Translations under genes and position numbers: made by a program
Part shown: one piece after another, positions 41,718-54,025 of the stretch
Layout: the number at the start of each line of letters is the position of its first letter
Position numbering within the stretch: the first letter of the stretch is position 1
Origin: Octopus vulgaris
Taxonomy: Eukaryota
Reading direction: 5' to 3'
Length of the DNA: 64,000 nucleotides
NCBI GenBank assembly: GCA_951406725.2
Contig: OX597822.1
Coordinates: forward strand, 113,274,001-113,338,000
The notes under the pieces: generated by a model
What the model saw: only the letters and a program-made list of their open reading frames with translations
Databases searched by the model: none
Told to the model about the DNA's origin: nothing

Positions 41718-41727
41718 CATATATATG

Positions 41728-43680
41728 TATTGGGTCATCCCATAAATAATGCGTTTTTTTATACTTTTATTTTTCAAAATTAAGATAAAAAAAAGTTCTT
41801 TTATAATGTAAAATACACTCTCCTCCATTTTCTACAATGCTCTTCCATCTATCTGGTAGACTTGCAAGGCCCCTCTTCCAAAATTCACTTGTCAATGACA
41901 ACAGATACTCCTCCATTACTGTCCTGAAAATTTTTTTTTTTTTTCCGTCCAAATGATTTTGAAGACTGCAGACTAAATGATAATCAGATGGGGCAATATC
42001 CGGCGAATATGGTGGGTGGGACATCGTTTCCCATTCAAACTGCTGCAGCCTTTAGAATGTCATCCTAGCTGTATGTGACCGACCATTATCCCGATAGAAC
42101 ACCTTTCGTTTTTCTTCTTATTTCTTTACTGCCCACAAGGGTTTACACACAGAGAGGACAAACAAGGACAGACAAACGGGTTAAGTCGATTACATCGACC
42201 CAAGTGCGTAACTGGTACTTATTTAATCGACCCCGAAAAGATGAAAGGCAAAGTTCACCTCAGCGGAATTTGAACTCAGAACGTAGCGGCAGACGAAATA
42301 CCTATTTCTTTACTACCCACAAGGGGCTAAACACAGAGGGGACAAACAAGGACAGACAAACGGGTTAAGTCAATTACATCGACCCAAGTGCGTAACTGGT
42401 ACTTATTTAATCGACCCCGAAAGCATGAAAGGCAAAGTCGACCTCGGCGGAATTTGAACTCAGAACGTAACGGTAGACGAAGTACCTATTTCTTTGCTAC
42501 CCACAAGGGGCTAAACACAGAGGGGACAAACGAGGACCGACAAATGGATTAAGTCGATTACATCGACCCCAGTGCGTAACTGGTACTTATTTAATCGACC
42601 TCAAAAGGATGAAAGGCAAAGTCGACCTCGGTGGAATTTGAACTCAGAACGTAGCGGCAGACGAAATACCTATTTCTTTATTACCCACAGGGGGCTAAAC
42701 ACAGAGAGGACAAATGAGGACAGACAAATGAACTCAGAACGTAGCGGCAGACGAAATACGGCTACGCATTTTGCCCGGCGTGCTAACGATTCTGCCAGGT
42801 CGCCGCCTTTCGTTTTTCTTCTAGCGCTGACTTAAACCGCTCAAGCTGTTCGCAGTAGATACCCTTGCTATCGTTTGGTTTGAGTTTAAAAGTTCAAAGT
42901 GGACTAAACCTTTCATATCTCACCAAACAGATAACAACACCTTACGTGGGTGAAGACCTTCTTTAGCCTGGGGCATTTCTCCTTTTCCTATCCACTGTCT
43001 TCGGCGCTTGACATTTTTATAGAGAACTCATTTCTCGTCACCAGTCACAATTCGTTAAAAAAAATGTTCATTCGTGAGATATGACAGCAAAGAAAGCATA
43101 CATTCATTCTCTGCGCATGATTAAACTTGGAAAGTTTGTGAGGAACCCATTTACCCAATTTGCTGACTTTTCTGATGGCACACAGGTGTCGATGAATGGT
43201 TGAATGACCAAATCCAAGCTTCTCTGTTAGTTCCTCAAAAGTTACTATGGGATTTTGTTCCATCAGGGTTTACAGGACGTCCTCGTCGAGCTCTACAGAT
43301 CCTCCAGGATGAGGCTCGTCTTCTAGGCTGTAGTTTCTGGCTTGGAATTTCCGGAATCACCGTTGACTGGCTTATGCTTATTATCCGATCCTCATATGCT
43401 GCATTAATATTCATTGCACTTTCCGTTGCGTTGTTGCTTTTATGGAACTCATAAACGAAAATATGCCGAATATACTCCTTTGTCACTTCCATTATAGCTT
43501 TGAAAATATAACTGTTAAAAATCGAATTGCACTTTTCAAAACCTGCACTCAGAATAAGCACAAGATAAAATTACCACCTTCTTTTATAGCAAATTGATGC
43601 AGGTAGTTTATCCCGTCCCCCCGCCCGACTTTTTGTTTATGCAATTGAAAAAACCGCATTATTTATGGGATGACCCAATA
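41728..43680 (-). mobile_element. Full-length decayed mariner transposon (DD34D-type) with nested SINE array
   Basis: TA-flanked ~30-bp TIRs TTGGGTCATCCCATAAATAATGCG; MEVTKEYIRHIFVYEF, KLGKWVPHKL, HPPYSPDIAPSDYHL; ~1.25 kb after removing the insert. Confidence 0.95.
42119..42807 (-). mobile_element. Tandem 4-unit SINE family A insertion with a single 17-bp TSD
   Basis: ~183-bp units; only the 5'-most has the A-box head; TSD CCTTTCGTTTTTCTTCT at 42102-42118 and 42806-42822. Confidence 0.92.
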
Positions 43681-43819
43681 TGTATGTATGTATGTATGCA
43701 TGTATGCATGTATGCATGTATGCATGTACGTATGTATGCATGGATGTATGCATGGATGTATACATGTACGTACGTATGTATGTATCTATGTATGCATGTA
43801 AGTATAAACTAAATAGATT

Positions 43820-44200
43820 TACGACCCTCATCCAGGTCCTACACTAGAAAATGTCTGGCCGGTTCATTACTAAGAACGTTCTCTCCGATACCTTCCCAAT
43901 TGCAACTAGCCTGAAGCAAGGATGCATCCTCGCTCCCTCTCTGTTTTTCCTCTACCTCGGTGCCATGATCCATGAGATCCCTAATCAAGCTCCTGGTGTA
44001 AACATCCGCTACAGAATGGACGGAGGACTTTTCAACATCGACCGCTTCAGAGTCCGTCATCTTACCACGTTGGCCATGATGCAGGAGCTGCAGTACGCTA
44101 ATGATAATGCCACTCCCGCGCACTCGGTTTCCAAAACCACAGCCTTACCATCCAAACGAAAATCAGGATACTCCGAGCAGCAACACGCTTCACATCCATT
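43820..44200 (+). mobile_element. RTE-clade LINE reverse transcriptase fragment
   Basis: LKQGCILAPSLF...GVNIRYRMDGGLFN...ELQYAND (YADD-equivalent). Confidence 0.88.
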
Positions 44201-44259
44201 AAGATAAAGTGGCGCAATCACTACTCGGATACATGTTAACGCCGACGTAATATATATAT

Positions 44260-45300
44260 ATATAATTTAAATGAATATGGAGGATTATACCTCTACACAC
44301 TTTATATTATTACAATAATTTTTTACAGAATATTCTCTTTAAACCTCTTCCGACATATGTTTCTACTGTATGGATATCTTGTTATGGAATTTTTATTCGT
44401 ATCCTGTTGCTCACTCTATTATATATTTTATATATCGTGGAAGATGTTTTCTACACATAGATCTAAGGTTTATTTGCATAATTAAAAATTCTAATTTTAT
44501 CGTAGATGGAAGTTATGTACCATTTTGTGACCAAAACCATGGCCTTACAAGTAGATTCTGTGTATCATACTTTTAAAATTCAATTTCATTTAGCGATCCT
44601 TAGTGTATACATCTCTCACTGAAACTGTTTCTATCTATTTAGCTTAAGGCTTTTGGATGAAATATATTGTGCCCTAGTTTAATGTCTGGCATTCCGGATT
44701 CTGCATGTAAACCTTAGGGTCATCCGAGAGTCGATCTGATAACAGACTTTATAGCAATATCAGATTGCTCACTACTTCCTCTCTTATTCTTTGCACTCAA
44801 CATTCTCCCCTACCAAAAACCCAAGGCTGTCTAAACCAATATACTCCAGTTCGCTGCAAACTTTAATAGTGGCAACACCTTGAATAAAGCTATATGGATA
44901 CGTTTTTAAACGGGATGAAATCTGGATGCAGATGAACCAACAGGGTACAAATAAAAACCATATAACAAAAATCCATGCAGCAGAAACATATGTCGGACAG
45001 GTGTTTAAAGAGAATATATTGTAGAAATTACTGTAATTAAAACTGTGTAAATGTTTAATTCTCCATATTTGAGTTGTCTTGGATATACACTTAGCAAAGT
45101 GTTTATAATCCAACGAAACGAACTTAGGATTTACCTTTCGAGTGAAACGCATTGGAATTGTTTATCTTAAATAGTCCCGGGTTATTCCATATCATTCGAT
45201 GCAGTTAGCCAGAATTGGATTATATCAGAACGGTACCTGCTTGGACGGTACCTTGAACGGTACCTGCTTGGATCTGATATCCCTATCAATTCCATAATTT
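44260..45300. mobile_element. Decayed Penelope-like element with inverted terminal repeat copies, each holding a decayed hammerhead
   Basis: ~44265-44400 is the inverted homologue of ~44935-45070; both contain GAAA-CATATG-TC-GGA; degenerate GIY-YIG-like residues on - strand between them. Confidence 0.6.
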
Positions 45301-45739
45301 TTTCTCTGTTTTCGCTGATTCTCATGACTCACCGTCATCATCGAATTCCATTATTATGAATTTAAATTGGGAACTTGAGTCATGATACAACCATGGATGT
45401 CGTCCCTTCAAGATGCGTTGCAGTTACTCTCTTGGTAAAGCTTGGTGGTCTTGACCGTCGATCTTTAAATTCCTCCGCTCAGCATCAACGGAAACTCTTC
45501 CGTTGAGCTCTTCCGCTACCTCTTCCCAATCCACCATGCTGCAGTCCCATGACATCGCGTTTCCCTAGCAGGGTGGCTGAACGGGTGATGTGCGTTGCCA
45601 AAGGGCAGCCCGTAAATAAACAGGGCACGATGGTCACTCAGTGAGGTATTTTCGTAATGCCCGCAAACACTACTATTCAAAACACACACATACACATGTA
45701 TATTAGGTTATAACAAATGAAAATTCGAGAGAACTTCGG

Positions 45740-46342
45740 AGAATATCAGGTCTTCTACATTGAGCCACCGTACCAAACCGCGAAGTACATCAACAACGAC
45801 AACGAAAGTGCTTTCCCTTTTTGTTGCGGGTGTCTATAATCAAGATCGGTAAAATAATGCTTACAGCTTCGTTTAACAACTACCCACAGATGTGAGTAGA
45901 AAGGGACCATCTTTCTTTTTCCGCACGGACGTTCAAAGGACTGGGCCTTTTTTCTCTGTCTCTCTCTTCTATCTTTTATCTTTCCAAATAAAATATTCCT
46001 CCCAGCGTTCAATATTTTCCTCTCGTTCTGGTCTAACGACCCTTCATGTTTGCTTTCGTTCGGCCTTCCTTGTATGTCTCCACTGTCCTGTTTTCGTTCC
46101 CAACTTTAATCTTACATAAATCCTAAATTTTATTTTAGAATTTATGGGAGCAACTGTCCTTGAAGACTCATATTGTCGCTGAATGCTCGAAATGAGGAGT
46201 AGATAGGCAGCCGACAACTGATGAGAATGTCGCTTCTCTGTGTTTACTAGCCCTGTTTTCCGTTTTCTCTCTCATTGTTTATGTATTTAACTCGTTTTTC
46301 TACGCATTTCATGTTGTTTACACAGTTGGTGACGTCCTGTGC
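45740..46342 (+). mobile_element. Penelope-like 3' end (endonuclease tail + pLTR) with hammerhead-like motif at 46154-46206
   Basis: KCFPFL-like endonuclease-tail remnant; CTGTC-CTTGAAGA...GAAA..G-TA-GATAG; tail GTTGGTGACGTCCTGT shared with ~32047 and ~22775. Confidence 0.55.
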
Positions 46343-46359
46343 CCATATATGCATATATT

Positions 46360-46460
<101 letters not shown>

Positions 46461-47665
46461 ACATAAATGGTATATGTGTTTGTATATGAGTGTGTCTGTC
46501 TGTGCGCGCAACTTATCGTGATTCTGAACATCAGTTATTATTGAGATTAAGTAGTTAAAATATATTGCTTCTATTTAATCATTTCATAACTTTAATCCCT
46601 TACTGAGTTAGAATTTAGAAGAGAATAAATACATTGGTGCATTGTTACTCGTGTAATGCATATACCAATGCATGTATTCAAAATAATGGTGAAGGACGTG
46701 ATGGCAATAAGCAAAATGAATAGAATAAAGACATGGACAAAACCGTTTCATCTGCCAACTTCTTTTCTAGAATCGCTACGATTTCTGCGCTTGGGAAAAA
46801 AGATATGCAGGTGTATAAAGAACTGCTTAAATATGTAGTTATATTTCAAAATATTTATATAGTACTTTGTCTGAAATTTGACCAAAAGAACTCATAGAAT
46901 TGCATGCAATATAAGTAACTGAGAAGAATAGAGAATCTATTTTAAAAACCATTAAATAGCTACTAGGGAAACATTATTGAATTCTTGAAAAGAATGAAAG
47001 ACCGAATTAAACTGTAATGAAACTATAAGGCTGAACAAACAGATAAATAAAAACACGCCTGGGAATTGGAATAGAATTAATGTTACAGAACACATCGGTA
47101 GATTCTGGCTAGAAAAAGACTGTTTTGTGATTATAAAACTTAAGGATTTTATAATGAACCAAATTGTCTACCCATTATGAAGATTTAGATTTCTATCAAA
47201 AGAAAACTTTAGAAATGTTCAACGGAGCGACAAATCCCAAGAGTTCTATGATCTGCAAGGCAAGATTCGATGAAATCAGCTGGTGCCAATATGACAGATC
47301 CAAAAACATTTCGACAACACACATGTTTATAGAATTTTAATAGCAACAATTTAAAGTAATCTGGTGAGATCGGAATCATTATTTTCCTTCTGAATTAAGT
47401 TAATGGGAAAGAACAGTCATATTAATGTGAAATGAACTTGATGGCCGAATATATAAGTACGTGTGTGTGTTTCGGTATGTGTATACACATATAGCCCCCC
47501 CCCCATATTGCATATATATATATGTGTGTGTGTGTGTTTGTGTGCGTGTAAGATATATATTTGCATGTATATACATACGTTTATATATTCATATGTATAT
47601 GTATGTATGTATGCATGTAGGCATACACACACACACACACACACATATATTATATTAATATATAT

Positions 47666-48149
47666 TTATACACTAAAGAGGTGACCCTAACAGGACACCT
47701 TACATGCTAAAAGGCGCAGTTAAAGTCCAAACCACGATTAAGAGTAATTTCGATGAAGATGAAAAATAAAATCATTTTCAGTGGTTACCACTTGTCCCTA
47801 GATATCGAACATCAATGAACAAATAAAATAATTTGCAACCCGTGTTCTCGTCAGCAAGGGCGCTACAATTAACATATAATTATGGGACAAATAGATAGCA
47901 CATGTCTCATCTTTATACTGGATAATTTTTCAAATCCACCGCGCAAGCGCAGTTACAATCGGCAGTAAATGAAAGTATATGTGCCGACTTTCTTCAAAAT
48001 TACGAAAATCATGTTAAGAAAATATATGTAGGGTAGAAAAATTAGAGAAACTTTCTACCATAATTTTTCGGCATAAAACAGTCAATAGACGACATATTTT
48101 TCATATAAAATTAGTGTACGTTTATACTCAAAAGAGGTGACCCTAACAT

Positions 48150-48155
<6 letters not shown>
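47666..48155 (-). mobile_element. Non-coding ~455-bp unit with direct terminal repeats and hammerhead-like motif (PLE pLTR or retrozyme-like)
   Basis: TTTATAC....AAGAGGTGACCCTAACA.GACAC at ~47666 and ~48121; - strand CTTG-CTGACGA-GAACA...TGTTC-GATA-TCTAGG-GA-CAAG at 47791-47858. Confidence 0.55.
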
Positions 48156-48190
<35 letters not shown>

Positions 48191-48215
48191 ATACATACAT
48201 ACATACATACATACA

Positions 48216-48247
<32 letters not shown>

Positions 48248-49036
48248 CACACACACACTCACACACAGATATATATATATATAATAGACTGCGACTTCGA
48301 AGTTTTACCAGCACTGGGTTGTTCGCCGGTGGGGAGTCGCTAAAACGGAAAGGTTAAAACTTGCAACAGATATTAAGCTTTCACATTCTTTTAATTGCCA
48401 AATCTGGCGGAAACGGCAGTCCTCATTGCTTTGTAAGGACTCTGACATCGTTAGCGATCTGTAGGAAATTCTGCAAGTAGACAACTGCAGAAAAAATATG
48501 ATGGAAAGGCGTGGGTGAAGAATTCCAGAAGGTTAACATTCTGGGGAGACAGATTAGGTATAGTGTTTAGAGCAGAGCCTGGTGGTGCTATACAGAAAAC
48601 GGTTGATGATGGAGGAGCGAATCATATGTAGAGAATATCCGATCTTTGGTAGTACGAGACCAACCGATTCCAAGAAACATAAACCAATTTAGTTGACGTA
48701 GAAAGAGGCGAGAGAGAAGAAGAAAGCATGTTTGTATTAGAGGCTGGGTAGGGTAGGTGAGTGACTCTATGTCACTCAGTCTCACTGAGTCCAGTGCATG
48801 ACTAAGATGTGTCTAAGATGTCTTTATCTACTTATACATTAAAAGGGTGTGATAGAAGGGTGAAAATGGGAATGTTTAGGATGCAGATAATAGCATTTGT
48901 CTTCCTGCATAATAGAGTTATCATCGATTTCTTCGCTAACACGGCACTGTTTCAAATACAGTGGAATACTCTGTCCAAGTCGTTCGTAAATTTTTCCTCT
49001 GTGTGTTTGCGTGTGTGTCTACATGTATATGTTCCT

Positions 49037-49076
<40 letters not shown>

Positions 49077-49149
49077 AATATTTTGCCTACTTGCCACACT
49101 CTTGTGTGTGTCATATAACATATTTTGTTCTGTGTATGCATCATCTCTT

Positions 49150-49620
49150 AACTCAAAAGAGGAAACTGTTACTTTTCAACGGGCATCTTAGAAATGCCAT
49201 TCTTTCCAAACCGACAGGTGATAAAATCGTGCAATTTGGGGATTTTAATGCCACGAAAGGTGATGACTGCAATATGTGATCTAGCCTGGTGTGCTTTCCA
49301 ATATTTTAAATGAATAGTAGCAGTCTGCATTTACTGTAACTATCTTCCATTTAGATATCAGCGAGCGTCTTCTCGATCGCAAAGTCAACTCCTCTTTCTC
49401 TCTCTCTCTCGCTTTTCATTTGTTAGTTTGATAACTCAAAAGAAACTGTCGCTGATTTCCCAGACAAAACAGCTTCTAAAAGGGTAACACTGTCGATCTT
49501 GTAGCAATCAATTTCTGCTGAAACAAGTGAAATATTGCGCTCAGGTTTGCTGGATTTATCATTATATCCAACAGGCTCACATATTCCAACAGCGCATCTG
49601 TTGATGATGTATTTTGCTTG
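49150..49620. mobile_element. RTE APE-endonuclease fragments in opposite orientations
   Basis: + strand GDKIVQFGDFNA; - strand KPERNISLVSAEIDCYKIDSVTLLE (cf. RPERRTALV..EL.RY.IDI..L.E). Confidence 0.65.
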
Positions 49621-50435
49621 TTTGTGTTTTAACACTTTATTTGAACGCTTTTACATTTGTTGTTCCCGTTGAAATGAATTACCGTTTGTTGTGGAGCAGC
49701 CAATGTTTGGTATATCTTTTCTAATCCATTTCCAGTAACTGGGCGAGCTCAGTCACACAGGATTTCATCTAATTCTTCTAATTGCCAATATTGAACAAAA
49801 ACAAAAATCCAAGTTATAATCCTATACTGCCTACTTTATTTCCACCTCGTCAATTCTCTAAAAATTATCATAAATACATTGCCAAAAGATTTTGAGAGAC
49901 TAGCATAGATAAAATTAGTTATTTTGTTCTATTACTCATAAAATACTTCGATGCTAAATACTATTAGTCATGTGAGACATAATGTACTAAAGTGTTTGAA
50001 AGTACATGTACCTCGCGGAGATTATAAATAACAAACGCAGGTACAACACGAATACTATTCTTTCAGTATCGACTATCATGTCCCAATGATTAGAAAATGA
50101 TTAGTGAGAGAATTAAGCGAATGTTATATATTAGAGTTTCTTTATCCTGGTCTTCACTGACCAAGGCAATCTACAAAACAGCGGGTTTTAAACTTGGGAG
50201 TTTTATATATTTTAGAAAGACCCTCCAGAACAAGAGCGTCTCACGGAAAATGGTCTTAGTCGACGTTTGTTCCGCATTCCAATATGCCTATTTTCGCAAT
50301 TTATTACTGGACAGTCAAAAATTCTATGCTGGGTTTCTCTACCTTTACAAACTCTTATATTCTTTATTTTTTATTAGATTTCTAGCAACCCTATCACTAG
50401 ATATTCCATTATCTCTCTCTCTCTCTCACTCACTT

Positions 50436-50468
<33 letters not shown>

Positions 50469-50470
<2 letters not shown>

Positions 50471-50833
50471 TCTTTAACTCTTTTACTTGTTTCAGTCATT
50501 TGACTGCGGCCATGCTGGAGCACTGCCTTTAATCGAGCAACTTGACCCCGGGACTTATTCTTTTGTAAGCACAGTACATATTCTATCGGTCTCTTTGCCG
50601 AACCGCTAAGTGACGGGGACATAAACACACCAGCATCGGTTGTCAAGCGATGTTGGGGGGACAAACACAGACATACAAACTCACACACACACACATATAT
50701 ATATACATATATACGACGGGCGTCTTTCAGTTTCCGTCTACCAAATCCCCATGGCAAGGCTTTGGTCGGCCCGAGGCTATAGTAGAAGACACTTGCCCAA
50801 GGTGCCACGCAGTGGGACTGAACCCGGAACCAC
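50469..50833 (-). mobile_element. SINE family B, 5'-truncated
   Basis: Matches 24061-24504 and 54972-55388. Confidence 0.9.
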
Positions 50834-51354
50834 AAGCTGATTTCATCGCAGATGACCCGACCATGAAAACATATTATACTGGATTACGTTACCAGTAATA
50901 CTTATTTCTGACCTGACATACATGCACAACATATATACATATATTCAACAGTAGACACATATTAATGTACACACACCTACAGGACAATTAACAAAGGACA
51001 ACAAAACAAATTTATCGCCAGGAAATATAATGGCGGGTGTAAGAATGATGGGTGCATAGGGTGAGGTGAAGAATTCCTATGTGCATATATTTATAAGTGA
51101 AACATAATTTTAGTAGTTACGTTTTCAATAAAATAAAATGAAAATACAAATAATTTGTACAAAGATAAGCAGAAAATGTAGAAAGAGGGATGGGAAGAAT
51201 ACACAAAATATTAAAACTTAAAATTACTTTTTTCCTATTATTTACTGTCTTGAAACTGAAATGTAAATATTAAAAAATGTAAATGTAAAAAATCCGTTTG
51301 CACGAAATATTCGATCGAAAAGAGTGTAATTACAAGTGAATAGATACATATATA

Positions 51355-51387
<33 letters not shown>

Positions 51388-51395
51388 GCGGTGAG

Positions 51396-52277
51396 GTGGA
51401 ACTATCACCGACACCCAGGAGAAAAGAATGGTATGATAAGAGGACCATTATTTACAGGGTGTTCGCAAACGAAAGGAAGAGGGTAGAAGTTGTAACCATG
51501 GAATGGATAGAGGAAGCCCTGCGAAGAACTGAGGAGGAAATAAATTTTCTGACTCGAGGATCCAAGTACGGTACCGTAGTTGTGCATTTCAAAACTGAGT
51601 CTGCAGCGAGGAAGATGGCGGCGAAGGCGGTGAAGTCAGAAAAGGTAACCCTATTACCTACGTATTTAAACAGGAGGATTACACGAATAAGGGTGGAGGG
51701 AGTGCCACCAAACGTGGAGGCAGAATGGATTGTGGCGGCTGTGATCAGCGGCCACGAGGACGAAGTGGATATTCTCCATGCCTCGGTTAAGTCCGAGGGC
51801 TGGAGAGGCGTAACAGTGGAGCTGAACGTACAGGCAGAGACCGAGGTACTGGTGGACCTGACGGAAAGCATCAGACTGGGAGACGTGATCATGAGAGTGT
51901 GGGTGGAGGGCAGGGCTCCACGTTGTTACAAGTGTGGCCTGAGGGGTCACATAAGAGCCTTCTGCCCTCCCCCAGGGAAAGAAATGGATTCCGAACCAGA
52001 GAGAGAGAAGCAGAAACCAGAGGAGAAGGAAACAGAGGAAGAGAATACACAGAAATGGAAGGAAGCTGGAAGTAAGAGGAAGAGAAGAATACGTGGAAAA
52101 AAAGAAAATAATATGGAACTCCAATCTACCCCAAAACCACCCACACCCTCTGAGTCCCACCCTATCCATGCAGACATTGAACCCACCCGCTCCCCCCCAA
52201 CAAGAAAACAAAAGAAAAAAAGAATACACACACACAAGAGATTGAAATCGAACCCAGGCCGTACATTTGTACTATGA
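51396..52277 (+). CDS. L1/Tx1-type ORF1-like nucleic-acid-binding protein with CX2CX4HX4C zinc knuckle (first AUG at 51498; N-terminus appears truncated)
   Basis: VEGRAPRCYKCGLRGHIRAFCP, upstream RRM-like IRVEGVPP, downstream charged/Pro-rich linker; the ORF-track start at 51336 lies in microsatellite. Confidence 0.7.
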   Translation: MELSPTPRRKEWYDKRTIIYRVFANERKRVEVVTMEWIEEALRRTEEEINFLTRGSKYGTVVVHFKTESAARKMAAKAVKSEKVTLLPTYLNRRITRIRVEGVPPNVEAEWIVAAVISGHEDEVDILHASVKSEGWRGVTVELNVQAETEVLVDLTESIRLGDVIMRVWVEGRAPRCYKCGLRGHIRAFCPPPGKEMDSEPEREKQKPEEKETEEENTQKWKEAGSKRKRRIRGKKENNMELQSTPKPPTPSESHPIHADIEPTRSPPTRKQKKKRIHTHKRLKSNPGRTFVL

Positions 52278-52543
52278 CTGAACAGAGGGAAGTTAAAAGT
52301 CAAATGGAAGAGTATAAATGGTATGATGTTGGAGAGACTAGGTATGCTGTGATTGAAAAGAAGAACATAGGTGAGTTTATGGGGAGGTGTGAAAGGGAGA
52401 ATTGGGAGGTGAAAGATATAAGAATGAGCGATGAATTCGTGGAAAATATGAATGAGTATTTCGGAGTAAGAATGGATATGGAATTTATTCGTATTGGCAA
52501 AGAACATTCAAGTGACTATGAAAAACAAAGGACAGGTAAGTGA
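52274..52543 (+). CDS. 89-aa acidic ORF, either coupled to ORF1 (ATGA overlap) or its frameshifted C-terminal domain
   Basis: Open and the same length in both copies (53604-53873); the frame is also open upstream to the C7 run at ~52192. Confidence 0.45.
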   Translation: MTEQREVKSQMEEYKWYDVGETRYAVIEKKNIGEFMGRCERENWEVKDIRMSDEFVENMNEYFGVRMDMEFIRIGKEHSSDYEKQRTGK

Positions 52544-52710
52544 TGCTGACGGACGGGGCCGTTGGTATCGCTTTCATTTTATCATTTTTTTTTCGTTTAA
52601 CAATTCATTTTCATAAAGTTTAATTATAATGTTCTATGTCCCCATGTTTTGTTATGTCCGCCATTCTTCGTAGCCCCTTAGTGGGTAAGTAAAAATTTAT
52701 ATATATATAT

Positions 52711-54025
52711 GCGGTGAGGTGGAACTATCACCGACACCCAGGAGAAAAGAATGGTATGATAAGAGGACCATTATTTACAGGGTGTTCGCAAACGAAAGGA
52801 AGAGGGTAGAAGTTGTAACCATGGAATGGATAGAGGAAGCCCTGAGAAGAACTGAGGAGGAAATAAATTTTCTGACTCGAGGATCCAAGTACGGTACAGT
52901 AGCTGTGCATTTTAAAAGTGAGTCTGCAGCGAGGAAGATGGCGGCGAAGGCGCTGAAGTCAGAAAAGGTAACACTTTTACCTATGTATTTAAACAGAAGG
53001 ATTACACGAATAAGGGTGGAGGGAGTGCCCCCAAACGTGGAGGCAGAGTGGATTGTGGCGGCTGTGATCAGCGGCCACGAGGAGGAAGTAGATATTCTCC
53101 ATGCCTCGGTTAAGTCCGAGGGCTGGAGAGGCGTAACAGTGGAGCTGAACGTACAGGCGGAGAACGAGGTACTGGTGGACCTGGCGGAAAGCATCAGATT
53201 GGGAGACGTGATCATGAGAGTGTGGGTGGAGGGCAGGGCTCCACGTTGTTACAAGTGTGGCCTGAGGGGTCACATAAGAGCCTTCTGCCCTCCCCCAGGG
53301 AAAGAAATGGATTCCGAACCAGAGAGAGAAGCAGAAACCAGAGGAGAAGGAGACAGTAGAAGAGGAAGAGAATACACAGAAATGGAAGGAAGTTGGAAAT
53401 AAGAGGAAGAGAAGAATGCGAGGAAAAAAAGAAAATAACATGGAAAACCAATCTACCCCAAAACCACCCACACCCTCTGAGTCCCACCCTATCCATGCAG
53501 ACATTGAACCCACCCGCTCCCCCCAACAAGAAAACAAAAGAAAAAAAAAGAATACACACACAGACAAGAGATTGAATTCGATATCAGGCCGTACATTTGT
53601 ACTATGACTGAACAGAAAGAAGTTAAAAGTCTAATGGAAGAGTATAAATGGTATGAAGTTGGTGAGACTAGGTATGCTGTGATTGAAAAGAAGAACATAG
53701 ATGAGTTTGTGGTGAGGTGTGAAAGGGAGAATTGGGAGGTGAAAGATATAAGAATGAGCGATGAATTCGTGGAAAATATGGATGAGTATTTCGGAGTAAG
53801 AATGGATATGGAATTTATTCGTATTGGCAAAGAACATTCAAGGGACGATGAAAAACAAAGGACAGGTAAGTGATGCTGACGGATGGGGCCGTTGGTATCG
53901 CTTTCATAATATCATTTTCTTTCACTTAACAATTCATTTTTCATAAATTTTAATTATAATGTTCTATGTCCCCATGTCATTTTGTGTCCACCTCTGTGTC
54001 GCCCCTAGTGGGTAATAAAGAAATA

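Larger units (their letters stand above)
51388..52698 (+). mobile_element. RT-less ORF1-only (HAL1-like) retroelement, copy 1
   Basis: Gag/ORF1-like frame with CCHC knuckle, short 3' UTR, LINE-like tail GCCCCTTAGTGGGTAAGTAAA; (TA)n on both sides. Confidence 0.75.

Noticed and set aside
42119-42807. Regularly spaced repeats resembling a CRISPR array
   Set aside because: Whole ~183-bp units repeat with no unique spacers; they are SINE copies; eukaryotic context and no cas genes
51452-53830. Antisense ORFs over the tandem elements
   Set aside because: Shadow frames of purine-rich sense ORFs; the synonymous excess supports the + strand frame
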